A DNA stretch of 64,000 nucleotides from the NCBI RefSeq assembly GCF_963921235.1, contig NC_086104.1, positions 134,230,001 through 134,294,000 on the forward strand. Reading direction: 5' to 3'. The notes under the pieces are model-generated. The model did no database searches and was not told the origin of the DNA. It saw nothing but the letters and a program-made list of their open reading frames with translations. A program made the position numbers and the translations under genes. This DNA is from Mobula hypostoma. Its lineage: Eukaryota. Positions 24,301 to 33,652 of the stretch are shown here, piece by piece. The stretch's first letter is position 1. Each line of letters starts with the position of its first letter.

Positions 24301-27300
24301 AACATCGAATGCCCTGAGCATTACTGGAAAATGCAATCACTTATGCCACGATGTTGTGCCAATCATTTAATGAACTCCAATGCCAATCTAAGACTGTACT
24401 GCAGCACAGCCGTGAATTTGTCTATCATTACTATGCCTGCTGAAAAGATTGTTAAATGGTCCTAACGTATTTGCCTGTGTTAGCCTTGAAAGGGTGTTTC
24501 GCATACCCAGCTCTCTCTGGGAAAGAAGTTACTTTTCACAGTCCTGCCTCCTCCTCTGTGACATGTTCCTCTCGTAGCATTAAGATTATTCCCCCATTGA
24601 AATAGCTAATTATGCACTGGGAAAATAATCTGCATATCTCCATGTCATATCCTATAGTCCAGACAGCAGCTTCGTAAATCTCTGCATACTATCAAAATTT
24701 CTTCATCCTTCCTTTCCTAGGATGACCCGACATAAACACAATACTCAGAAAGTGGGCTACAAGGTAAATACCACCTTTAAAAATCCACTCCTTATTTTGC
24801 CCAGAAATGCATGCGACACGCTCTTTTATAGTTCCGAGGTATATTACCGTTGTATTTCTTGAACAAAGAAACTAGACATGCAAAGATAAGTCATAACACC
24901 AAAAGACCATAAGATATAGAAGAAGTAGTAGGCCATCTGGAACTCCAGTATGCTTCGCCATTCAATCAAGGTTGATCCAGTTCTTCCAGTCATCCCCACT
25001 ACCTTGCTTTCACCCCATACGATTTGAGGCTCTGGCTAATCAAGTACCTATCTATTTCTACCTTATGGACATCCAACAAAATGGCCTCCGCAGCCGCTTG
25101 TGGCAACAACTTCTTCAGATTTACCACCCTCTGCCTAAAGTAATTTATTTGCATCTCAGTCCTAAAAGGACGTCCTTCAATCCTTCAGTCGTGCCCTCTT
25201 GTCCCAGAAATCCCTACCATGGAAAATAACTTTGCCATATCTAGCAACACACATAAAAATTGCTGGTGAACGTAGATGAACAGGCAGCATCTATAGGAAG
25301 AGGTACAGTCGACATTTCGGGCCGAGACCCTTCGTCAGGACTAACTGAACGAAGAGATAGTAAGAGATTTGAAAGTGGGAGTGGGAGGGGGAGATCCGAA
25401 ATGATAGGAGAAGACAGGAGGGGGAGGGGTGGATCTAAGAGCTGGAAAGTTGATTGGCAAAAGGGATATGAGAGGATCATGGAACGGGAGGCCTAATCTG
25501 CTCAGGGCTTTTAACATTCGGAATGTTTCACTGAGGTTCCCGCTCATTTTCCTGAACTCCAGGGAATACAGCCCACGTGCTGCCAGACGTTCCTTATACG
25601 GTAAACCTTTCATTTATGGAATAATTCTCGTGATTTTTGCTCAACCCTCTCCTTTCTAAGATAAGGATGCCAAACTGCACACGATATTCTAAGAATGGAC
25701 TCAAAAGTGTGTTATAGAGCCTCAATATCACATCCCTGCTCTGATATTCTATACTTCTAGAAATGAGTGCCAACATTGCCTGCGGCTTCGTCACAACCGA
25801 CTCAATCTGGACTTTAACCTTTAGGATATCTTGCATAAGGACTACCAAGTACCTTTGTATATCTGCATTTTGAATTGTATTCCATCTAAATAATAGTCTG
25901 CCTGTATATTTCTTCCACCAAAGTGCATGACCATACACTTTCCAACATTGTATTTCATTTGCTACTTCTTTGCCCATTCTCCTATACTGTATAAGTCTTT
26001 CTGCAGACCCTCTGTTTCCTCAACACTACCCGCTCCTCTAACCTATCTTTGTATCATCGGCAAATTTAGCCACGAATCCATCAATACCGTAGTCCGAATC
26101 ATTAACATACATCGTACAAAAGTAGCGGTCCCTACAACGTCCCCTGTGGAACTCCACTGTTAACTAGCAGCCAGCCAACCAGAATAGGATCCCTTTATTA
26201 ACACTCACTATTTTCTGCCAATCAGCCAATGCTCCGAACACGCTAGTAACTTCCTAGTAATTCCATTGGCTCTTATCTTGCTAAGCAGCCTCACGTGCGG
26301 CACCTTGTCAAAAGCCTTTTCAAAATCCAAGCGCACCACGTCTACTGCATCTCCGTTGTCTACCCTGCTTGTAGTTTCCTCAAAGGATTGCAGCAGGCTT
26401 CTCAGACAGGATTTTCTTTTCCGGAAACCCTGCCGACTTTGGCCTATCTTTACATGCGTCCCCTGGTACTCTGTAATCTCATTCCTAACAATCGATTCCA
26501 AAAACTTCCCAACCACTGAAGTCAGGCTAACAGGTCTATAATTTCCTCCCACCCTTCTTAAATAGCAGAGTAACATTTGCAATTTTCCAGTCATCAGATA
26601 CAATTCCATCATCTATCGATTCTTGAAAGATCATAGTTAATATCTCTGCAATCTCTCCAGCTAATTCCTTCAGAACTCGTGGATGCATTCCATCAGCAGC
26701 GATTTATCCATCCTCAGACCGTTCATCTTCCTGACTACCTATTCAGTCATAACTTTCACTGCACAGACTTCACTTCCCTGACACGCTTGAATGGTCGGTA
26801 TACTGCAGGCGAATTGCACTGTGAAGACTGATGCAAAATACGAATTCAGTTCCTCTGCCATCTCTTCATCTCTCATTACAATATCTCCAGCGTCATTGTT
26901 ATCGGTCCCACGAGGAATTCTGCAGATGCTGGAAATTCAAGCAACCCACATCAAAGTTGCTGGTGAACTCAGCAGGCCAGGCAGCATCTCTAGGAAGAGG
27001 TACAGTCGGCCTGAAACTTCGACTGTACCTCTTCTTGGAGATGCTGCCTGGCCTGATAAATTCACCAGCAACTTTGATGTGTGTTGCTTGTTATCGGTCC
27101 TATAGCTACACTCGACACACTTTTAACCTTTGTATACTTAAAACAGTTTTTAGTGTTTTCCTTTGTATTAGTCGGCAGTTTCCTCTTAAAACTCATCTTC
27201 TCCTTCCGAATGACCTTTTTGGTTTCCTTCTGCAAGTTTTTTAAAAGTTCCCAATCCTTTATCTTCCCACAGCTTTGGCTTCCTTTAGTGCCCTCTATTT

Positions 27301-29485
27301 TGCTTTTACATTGGCTCTGACTTCATTTGTCAGCCACGGTGCTGTCCTTCTTCCCTTTGAAAATTTCTTCATCTTCTCAATATTTTCTACCTGGCCATAT
27401 GATATTTCCAAGCAATTTCATTAATTTATTTATTGCTAATGTATAGACCCAATTCCAAGAATTATGGTGAAAAACTGTAGTGATACGAACGTGGCCCACT
27501 ACTTATCCACCCAATGCCCATCCCCTCTGCTCAAAACACTGGAAATAAGAATAGTAAGATAACTGATGTGTCGTACACATGCAGATTGTTTGACGTGCAG
27601 TTCACTGTGCCATACCTTCCTTGTGAGGGTGTCTATTGTTTTACTGAAATGTATTCAGCAATGATGACTTATGAGTACATATATTACTATCATTAGGATG
27701 ATGATGGTTTGATAAATTCCTTCACAGAAAAAAATAAATAAAACAAACATCTCCAACAGCTATCTTTTCCATTCACCTTTAGTCACTGGATCCATTGATT
27801 GCATCCATCAAATCGAATATTATACTAGCGATAATATTAATGGGGAGTGTCATACCACAGAAGGTCCTGAAGAAAACTCTTCCAGTATTTGCGGTTGGTA
27901 CCCATTCTTTTTCTCAATGTTTCCATCTTTAGTTCAAAGTTCAAAGTATTTTTTTAACTCCTCGTGCATAAATGGCAACATATACAACAGTGCGATTTGT
28001 TTACTTGCGGGCATATATAGTAAATAGGGAAATTACTGTAGAATCAATGAAGCACAAGAAAATTTGCATATGCTGGAAAGCCGAGGTATTCAACAGGACT
28101 GAAAATATATGGGGGGGGGGGGGCGGTATTGGAGGAACATGTATACAGTGGTAGGTGATAAGTGAAACTGGGTTTTGGGGCAAGATGGCCTAATGAACTG
28201 CGGAGCTGATTGATGAAAGTGATAAGGAGATGAAGGTGGGTGGGGGAACGCGATAGAAGAGGACACACCGTAATCACGGGATATGGTAGAATACCCAACA
28301 GACGTGCAGATGAAGTGTCCCATCACATAGAAGGACAGCTGCCCGCCAAGAATTACAGTGACGACGACCTGTCATCGCAGTTGTTCTACTTGTTCCGCTT
28401 GCAAGGAGAAGTATCACGAGAGAAATGAGCAGTGAGGGATGTCTCGACAAGGTCGTCACGTTAAAAGCAATCACTCTGTAAAGCGGAGCGTGTGGGGTAG
28501 GGAGGGAGAGTTTTGATTAGTGGCGGACGTTACGTAAAATTAAGTGCCGGACGCGGCGGCAGTGGAGTAGAAGGAGAGAACAAGAGTAGGCAGTACCTGG
28601 TGTGGCGGTGAACTGACGGAGTGAGAGCTGACCTGCACTAGATGCGGTTGAGGGCAGTGTTGGTGGTAGAGGAAGCCAAGCCCCTTTCTTAGAATAAGGA
28701 GGATATCTCACTACTTCTGTATTGAAAGCCCTCATCCTGAGGACAGATGCGGCCAGAGCGGAGGAAATGAGAGAAGGAGTAGCATTTTCACAAGTGACAG
28801 GGTCGGCGGACATATTGTCCAGGTAGCTGTGAGAATCACTGCGTTTATCAAAGAAGGAATGAATGACATACAGCTCTAGAAAACAACCAATGTACAAACT
28901 TCTTTCTATCTGTGATCATGACCTGACAAAAAAAAGCTTGCAGTTCACATCATGATGTGACAATGTAACTGCATGTTTTATTTTTCATGAAATAAAGTAC
29001 AATAGGCCTGTGATCAAATTGATATAGGTCTATCTTCTGCAGTCAAATCTTGCATTAAATAAAGTTTTCAGTTCCCCCTTCACTTCACTTTGAATAGCAA
29101 GCCTTAATGTGATATGGATTCGTAAGCTTCAAGAGTAACTCGGTAGTTCAGAGTCCCCTGACGTTTGCTGAACATCGCTATTATCGGGAACATTGTTTGT
29201 ATTTATATTTGTTCCTATATATGGTTCCTGGCGTCTGCAATGACATTGTGAAAGAAAGTACTCATTCCTTGTGTTTTGCGAACGTGACTAACCGTAGCTC
29301 CAGTGATATTCTGATACCCAATGTGCCGACATTGCTCTCAACTTTCAGTCTACAATACCCGCACTACCAGAAATATATTCAGGAAACCATTGATCGTGTT
29401 GTCTTTTACTACGTATTCGTTTCTTGTATGCTTAGAACACCGTTTCCAAAAAGACATCGTGTCCGTGTCGGCGTCCAATGAGTAG
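3345..29485 (+). CDS. Multi-exon group-B SRCR type-I transmembrane receptor (CD163/WC1/SCART-like), 5'-incomplete: SRCR x4 - linker - SRCR - stalk - TM - cytoplasmic tail
   Basis: Ten exons (3345-3659, 7860-8174, 9637-9951, 11963-12280, 12471-12545, 18942-19253, 19368-19403, 20990-21106, 23475/23478-23585, 27783-27893) have AG/GT borders, are all phase 1-1, and join into one open frame. No signal-peptide exon was seen in the window. The terminal exon is tentative. Confidence 0.88.
5019..6199 (-). mobile_element. Solo LTR (Gypsy-type), copy 1
   Basis: Termini TGCCA...TGACA; 5-bp TSD CTGAA (5014-5018, 6200-6204); ends homologous to 36021-37216. Orientation is inferred. Confidence 0.9.
5270..5680. 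repeat. Degenerate 5-7-mer purine-rich minisatellite inside the solo LTR (gaggctg/gagactg/gaggc/gacttga)
   Basis: Directly visible; it generates the low-complexity ORFs at 5344-5779. Confidence 0.9.
7860..8174 (+). CDS. SRCR exon B (6-Cys domain lacking C2 and C7)
   Basis: gttatag|AT GAA GTA TTG TCT CTG AGA...TGC TCA G|gtgaat; 315 nt; [45 protein letters not shown]...VQCEGSELHLRNCRK...GVGVLCS. Confidence 0.93.
8728..8778. repeat. Compound (TAAA)n(CAAA)n(TAAA)n microsatellite
   Basis: aaataaataaataaacaaacaaacaaacaaacaaataaataaataaa. Confidence 0.9.
9637..9951 (+). CDS. SRCR exon C (8 canonical Cys plus 1 extra)
   Basis: cctcag|GC CAT TTG CAA ATT CGA CTG...TGT TCT G|gtaagg; 315 nt; [45 protein letters not shown]...DCSHKEDVTVTCS. 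Confidence 0.96.
11963..12280 (+). CDS. SRCR exon D (8-Cys)
   Basis: ttttcag|AG TAT AAG CAA ATG CGC CTA...TGT CAA G|gtactt; 318 nt; [45 protein letters not shown]...SCDHSYDAGVKCQ. Confidence 0.95.
12298..12323. repeat. (TA)n microsatellite just downstream of the exon D donor
   Basis: Directly visible. Confidence 0.9.
12471..12545 (+). CDS. Inter-domain linker exon (not in ORF track)
   Basis: tttttttgtcaacag|AT GGA AGT ATT...TTA ACA G|gtgagt; 75 nt, phase 1-1, consensus donor; DGSISSRNNDKVCEQVNDSPIGTLT. Confidence 0.8.
13145..13683 (+). mobile_element. Rex1/Babar LINE 3' fragment
   Basis: SVWHGNFPVSDHTILQRVVKTAQWIIGTQLHSIENIYHKRCL (ORF 13204..13464); ends with AATAAA and an (aatct)n tail. 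Confidence 0.85.
13787..14775 (+). mobile_element. Young 5'-truncated CR1 LINE (open RT C-terminal frame)
   Basis: IYINDLDEGIKCSISKFADDTKLGG...RSHLEYCVQFWSP...; (tttctatg)n tail; nearly identical to 32041-33030. Confidence 0.96.
14850..18915 (+). mobile_element. Old degraded CR1 LINEs (a 3' fragment ~14850-15415, then a near full-length relic with ORF1 esterase, APE and RT)
   Basis: ORF 15868 LIHIATSDIG...EFIELGRKL...AVILGLLTVP (SGNH-like ORF1); APE and RT remnants with many frameshifts; CR1 3' end just before exon E. Confidence 0.8.
18942..19253 (+). CDS. SRCR exon E (membrane-proximal, 8-Cys)
   Basis: tatccag|GT CTC CCA CTG CGT CTT...TGC TCT G|gtaggc; 312 nt; [47 protein letters not shown]...DCDHKEDVIVVCS. 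Confidence 0.96.
19368..19403 (+). CDS. Short stalk exon (not in ORF track)
   Basis: tccacag|AT TCC GGT TTG ATT CCC ACT GAC AGC AAT ATC ACA G|gtatgt; 36 nt, phase 1-1; DSGLIPTDSNIT with an N-glycosylation sequon (NIT). Confidence 0.75.
19655..20205 (-). mobile_element. Degraded Rex1-like 3' fragment with internal (AAAT)-rich tract
   Basis: aagttcaaattaaatttattt tail plus a 3' body resembling other Rex1 ends. Confidence 0.5.
20990..21106 (+). CDS. Transmembrane exon (not in ORF track)
   Basis: tatttaaag|GA TTT GGA ACC...ACA AGT G|gttagg; 117 nt; GFGTGTPSIMAIVCITLGIIFVAELFVLITIARRGSATS, a hydrophobic helix followed by RR stop-transfer residues. Confidence 0.85.
21319..22908 (-). mobile_element. 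Tc1-family DNA transposon, defective (~1.6 kb)
   Basis: Imperfect TIRs cagtgcatataaaaagaattcac / gtgaatactttatattggcattg(ta); minus-strand transposase motifs PSVKHGCGCIMLWGCF (ORF 21836..22075) and NVLEWSGQSPDLNLI (~21715-21760). Confidence 0.9.
23475..23585 (+). CDS. Cytoplasmic exon 1 with tyrosine motifs
   Basis: ctctcttcag|cag|GT CCA CTG...GAT TCA G|gtgtgt; AGPLASGRDSPFGFYQAIYDEIESISQGKSFTKAQDS; lies within ORF 23450..23701. Confidence 0.85.
23735..24000 (-). mobile_element. Highly degraded Penelope-like pLTR/3' region
   Basis: attctgcggatgctgaaaatcttgagcaatac..aaaatgctg..cagcaggttaggcggca followed by a purine-rich tract; same layout as the 25243 and 26909 copies. Confidence 0.6.
25244..25492 (-). 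mobile_element. Penelope-like pLTR fragment inserted in CR1
   Basis: Interrupts the CR1 at catatcta|atctg; contains the hammerhead motif and a purine-rich tract. Confidence 0.8.
25307..25342 (-). ncRNA. Minimal type-I hammerhead ribozyme motif
   Basis: Minus strand AGUC-CUGACGA-A-GGGU(CUCG)GCCC-GAAA-UGUC^GACU: complete CUGANGA...GAAA core, helix I AGUC/GACU, helix II, GUC cleavage triplet. Confidence 0.8.
26909..27087. mobile_element. Palindromic Penelope pLTR-derived insertion with 13-bp TSD
   Basis: Inverted arms 26938-27008 and 27020-27090; ttgttatcggtcc is duplicated at 26896-26908 and 27088-27100. Confidence 0.88.
27783..27893 (+). CDS. Cytoplasmic exon 2 (not in ORF track)
   Basis: ttttccattcacctttag|TC ACT GGA TCC...ATT TGC G|gttggt; 111 nt, phase 1-1; VTGSIDCIHQIEYYTSDNINGECHTTEGPEENSSSIC. 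Confidence 0.72.
28060..28860 (-). mobile_element. Degraded Penelope-like element 3' fragment (RT thumb region to pLTR)
   Basis: DKRSDSHSYLDNMSADPVTCENATP (ORF 28517..28897) resembles the PLE motif K.TDSHSYL.Y.S.HP..CK.AIP. Confidence 0.78.
29436..29485 (+). CDS. Candidate terminal coding exon
   Basis: ttcgtttcttgtatgcttag|AA CAC CGT TTC...GAG TAG gives EHRFQKDIVSVSASNE* in phase 1 and is followed by AT-rich unique sequence. No homology support. Confidence 0.3.
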
Positions 29486-30735
29486 TTGCCAAATCCGAGA
29501 ATATCGAATACACTTCAGATCACCTGTCGACGACAACGGGCGCATTCGTCAAAAAGAAATGCATTGAAGCTGTACTGATTATTATTTCAAGGAGGATGTT
29601 CATCTTTAAATAGTTTCTATGTCAGTGCGAAACCGTCATTTTTGCTTTCAAATTGCATCATTCGTTTTTGCACTCTCAGAATCGAGGCAGCAGATTCACA
29701 TGCACCCTAATTTCTCAAATCTCTATTCAACTGACGCCAATGACAAACTGAACTACAACACATGCAGAGTTCCAAGTCTTTCTGCACTTGAATGCGTGGA
29801 TGGTTTATTCCCATAATGTACATCGTTACAAAGAAGTAGTAAGAACGATGTTCCCTCGTTTGCTTCCACTGTCTGTATCCTATCATCTGTGAATGGAGGT
29901 TTGGAGAATTATTTAAATTGCAGGACAAGTGTACTGTGTTCAAATATTAGCGATAATGAATGGAACTAGCATTATCAAGGAGTACACTTCCATATATTTG
30001 TGTTGAAGATAAATTTAGTTTTCTATTGATTTGCATTCTTTCGTGATGACTGTAATATGTTTCAGAGAGACTAATAAAGTGCATTATGTGGTATTATACT
30101 AAAAATTAAAGGTGTAATATAATATCCTATTATGCACAATAAACTACAAAACCGAAATTTATTAATACAATAATATTGTCAGCGATATTGATATTGAATT
30201 CCAGTCCTTATTATCGAAAAAAAAACAAGTTGTTTGGACTCTCAAGTAAAATTAACGAAAAGTGCACAACCACTTCTTCAAGTGAATATATTGACTTCAT
30301 GATAAATATATTTTATCACGCGTTGTAGCATTTTCATTTAATCTGTCTGGAAAGAAAGTTTCACATCTTTGTTTCGTTTTCCTTCCTGTATTATCTCTGA
30401 AAAATATATTGATGTGTTGAAAGAGCATGTTGATTTTTGTCCTGTAACTTGCGAAATAACATTTTTATTCTCTTAATGGTCGGTGAAGATAGAAGAGTAC
30501 ATACCACGTTATGCCACTGGAAGTGATATCATGAAGATTATTTAATTCGTTAATGTTTTACCTGAGTGCAGTTTCGTTTTTTTTTAGACTTTCGCAGATG
30601 CTCAAAATATCCTTGGCCGGGGGCGCAGTTTGGAAGTGTGTTTAAATGGTTAAACAGTGATATCTTTACGTTTTGCTTTGCTTTGGGTAGGGGCGCGCGA
30701 ATTGTTTCATTCTTGCATCATTCAATATAAATATC

Positions 30736-30797
30736 AATAAAGTAATAAATATTTTCGATGAAATTCTATATTAAGGTGTTTTTCTTTTAATTTGTGG
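30736..30797 (+). terminator. Candidate polyadenylation site of the SRCR gene
   Basis: Tandem AATAAA (30736-30741, 30744-30749) followed ~25 nt later by a GT/T-rich tract (ggtgtttttcttttaatttgtgg). Further AATAAA at 30073 and 30138. Confidence 0.45.
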
Positions 30798-31789
30798 CTC
30801 TCAAAAACAAACAAACAAAAAAAAAAGAATAGAAACCATGCCCAAGGGGTCGTTGACAATATCAAAATTTAAACAAGATATTCTAAGTGGAAATTTGTGG
30901 CCATGCTGCGATTCGAAATTTGACAGCCAGGAAGATTATAAATTTTCATTATCATCGCTATAAATGCGTGTCCATTCTTGGGCTAGATGTTACGATTGCC
31001 CATTACTTCGCAAAACTGTTTTAAACAAAACGTCAGTTGCATTGCTAGATACAGACAAACGTCGTAAGTTAATTTTAGGAGCCGGGGAAACCGCACCACG
31101 CTTAGGAGATGAAAAAGACAGAATAAACCGTCGGCACAGCTCTTTGCTTACATCCTGAAACATAAATATCTCAGTATTAGATACTCATTTACACATGTCT
31201 TGAAGCATTTATAAATATATACTAAAATAAACACGTAATGTAAAAATAGAGCAAACATTTTGAGGTTCGTTTTTAAGTTTAATCTAATGTGATTGGAAAC
31301 CAGATCTATTCTAGTCAGATTTCTGAGCTACAGTACAAAGGAAGAAGTTCTTAAACTGCCATGGCAAAATAAAGGCTTTATGTGGAGCAATTGTAAAATC
31401 AGCTTTAACCACGATTACACACCAGGGATCCTTGCCAGACGGAAGGAATACGCAGAGGCAAAGAGGGTCCTAAAGGAAAACGACATCAGTTCCAGACCCT
31501 GCATCCAGCCCGGCTAAGAGTCTTCTACGACGAATGGACTAAATACTACGCTACAGTGGAGGAGGCAACGTCGGACCTGGCGGACCGAGGACTACCCTAA
31601 AAGTTATCAGCCAATCGGAGTCGTTAGTGGAGAAGATTCGGCGGTCGTCATGGCAGCCAGTGCGGCGAGGACGCTTCACTCGAGCCAGAGTATCAAGCTA
31701 CAAGGATAAGCTGCAAGTATTCAGATGTGAACGTACAGAGAGTACAGATTGATTAAAATAAATGACTGAAAACAGTAAATCTATCTTAA

Positions 31790-33030
31790 ACTAGTAGAGT
31801 GGATAGGGGAGAACCAGTGGATGTGGTATATTTGGATTTTCAAAAGGCTTTTGACAAGGTCCCACATAGGAGATTAGTGTGCAAACTTAAAGCACACGGT
31901 ATTGGGGGTAAGGTATTGGTGTGGGTGGAGAATTGGTTAGCAGACAGGAAGCAAAGAGTGGGAATAAACGGGACCTTTTCAGAATGGCAGGCGGTGACTA
32001 GTGGGGTACCGCAAGGCTCAGTGCTGGGACCCCAGTTGTTTACAATATATATTAATGACTTGGATGAGGGAATTAAATGCAGCATCTCCAAGTTTGCGGA
32101 TGACACGAAGCTGGGTGGCAGTGTTAGCAGTGAGGAGGATGCTAAGAGGATGCAGGGTGACTTGGATAGGTTGGGTGAGTGGGCAAACTCATGGCAGATG
32201 CAATTTAATGTGGATAAATGTGAAGTTATCCACTTTGGTGGCAAAAATAGGAAAACAGATTATTATCTGAATGGTGGCCGATTAGGAAAAGGGGAGGTGC
32301 AACGAGACCTGGGTGTCATTATACACCAGTCATTGAAAGTGGGCATGCAGGTACAGCAGGCGGTGAAAAAGGCGAACGGTATGCTGGCATTTATAGCGAG
32401 AGGATTCGAGTACAGGAGCAGGGAGGTACTACTGCAGTTGTACAAGGCCTTGGTGAGACCACACCTGGAGTATTGTGTGCAGTTTTGGTCCCCTAATCTG
32501 AGGAAAGACATCTTTGCCATAGAGGGAGTACAAAGAAGGTTCACCAGATTGATTCCTGGGATGGCAGGTCTTTCATATGAAGAAAGACTGGATGAACTGG
32601 GCTTGTACTCGTTGGAATTTAGAAGATTGAGGGGGGATCTGATTGAAACGTATAAGATCCTAAAGGGATTGGACAGGCTAGATGCAGGAAGATTGTTCCC
32701 GATGTTGGGGAGGTCTAGAACGAGGGGTCACAGTTTGAGGATAGAGGGGAAGCCTTTTAGGACCGAGGTTAGGAAAAACTTCTTCACACAGAGAGTGGTG
32801 AATCTGTGGAATTCTCTGCCACAGCAAACTGTTGAGGCCAGTTCATTAGCTATGTTTAAAAGGAAGTTAGATATGGCCCTTGTGGCTACAGGGGTCAGGG
32901 GGTATGGAGGGAAGGCTGGGTTCTGAGTTGGATGATCAGCCATGATCATAATAAATGGCGGTGCAGGCTCGAAGGGCCGAATGGCCTACTCCTGCACCTA
33001 TTTTCTATGTTTCTATGTTTCTATGTTTCT
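31790..33030 (+). mobile_element. Young CR1 LINE, 5'-truncated, uninterrupted 375-aa RT frame
   Basis: ORF 31799..32926 VDVVYLDFQKAFDKVPH...SGVPQGSVLGP...KFADDTKL; (tttctatg)n tail; sits between L1 ORF1 and ORF2. Confidence 0.97.
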
Positions 33031-33652
33031 AAAAGGTAAAATTAAAGCTGGTAACTGAAAATAAACTAGACAGCATAACTTGAATGATAACAATATGTTC
33101 GAGACATAAAAAGGAGGGAATTCTCCATGATTATTCACACTGCGGAGGGCCCTCTAATACAAGTTGAAGATAAAGGTTATCTATCTGAGCTGAGGCAGGT
33201 CAGTGCTCAGGCCTCACTATTGGAAGTCGGGGAAAATTTTCAAATGTTCTACGTTCAAAAATGCAAAATGAACCTGTAAAAAACATTTCCTATAATGTTA
33301 ATGGGGTTTTGAATCCAATTAAGCGAAATAAGATTCTGTCTAAATTGAAAAATAAAGAGAGGGCACACATAGCTTTCCTTCAGGAAACGCACATGAGCCA
33401 ATCCGAACATGCAAAATTTTAAAAAAAATGTTTTTCAGCATGTATTTTACTCATCAGATAAACTGAGCCACAAAAGATGAGTAGCTGCTTTAATATAAAG
33501 TGCTTTTAACTATGAACATATTTCAGAGACTAAAGACAAGGATGGACGATTTGCAAAGATTACAGAAAGAATAGAAGGTACTGAAATAACATTGCTGTAT
33601 GTTTATGCTCCATCAGGTAATGATGGTCATTCTATAGACACATTTTGACCTA

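Larger units (their letters stand above)
24900..27370 (-). mobile_element. CR1 LINE ORF2, 5'-truncated, with two Penelope fragments inserted
   Basis: GNYRPVSLTSVVGKFLES...VDVVRLDFEKAFDKVPH (ORF 26208..26612); 3' tail at ~24905. Confidence 0.92.
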
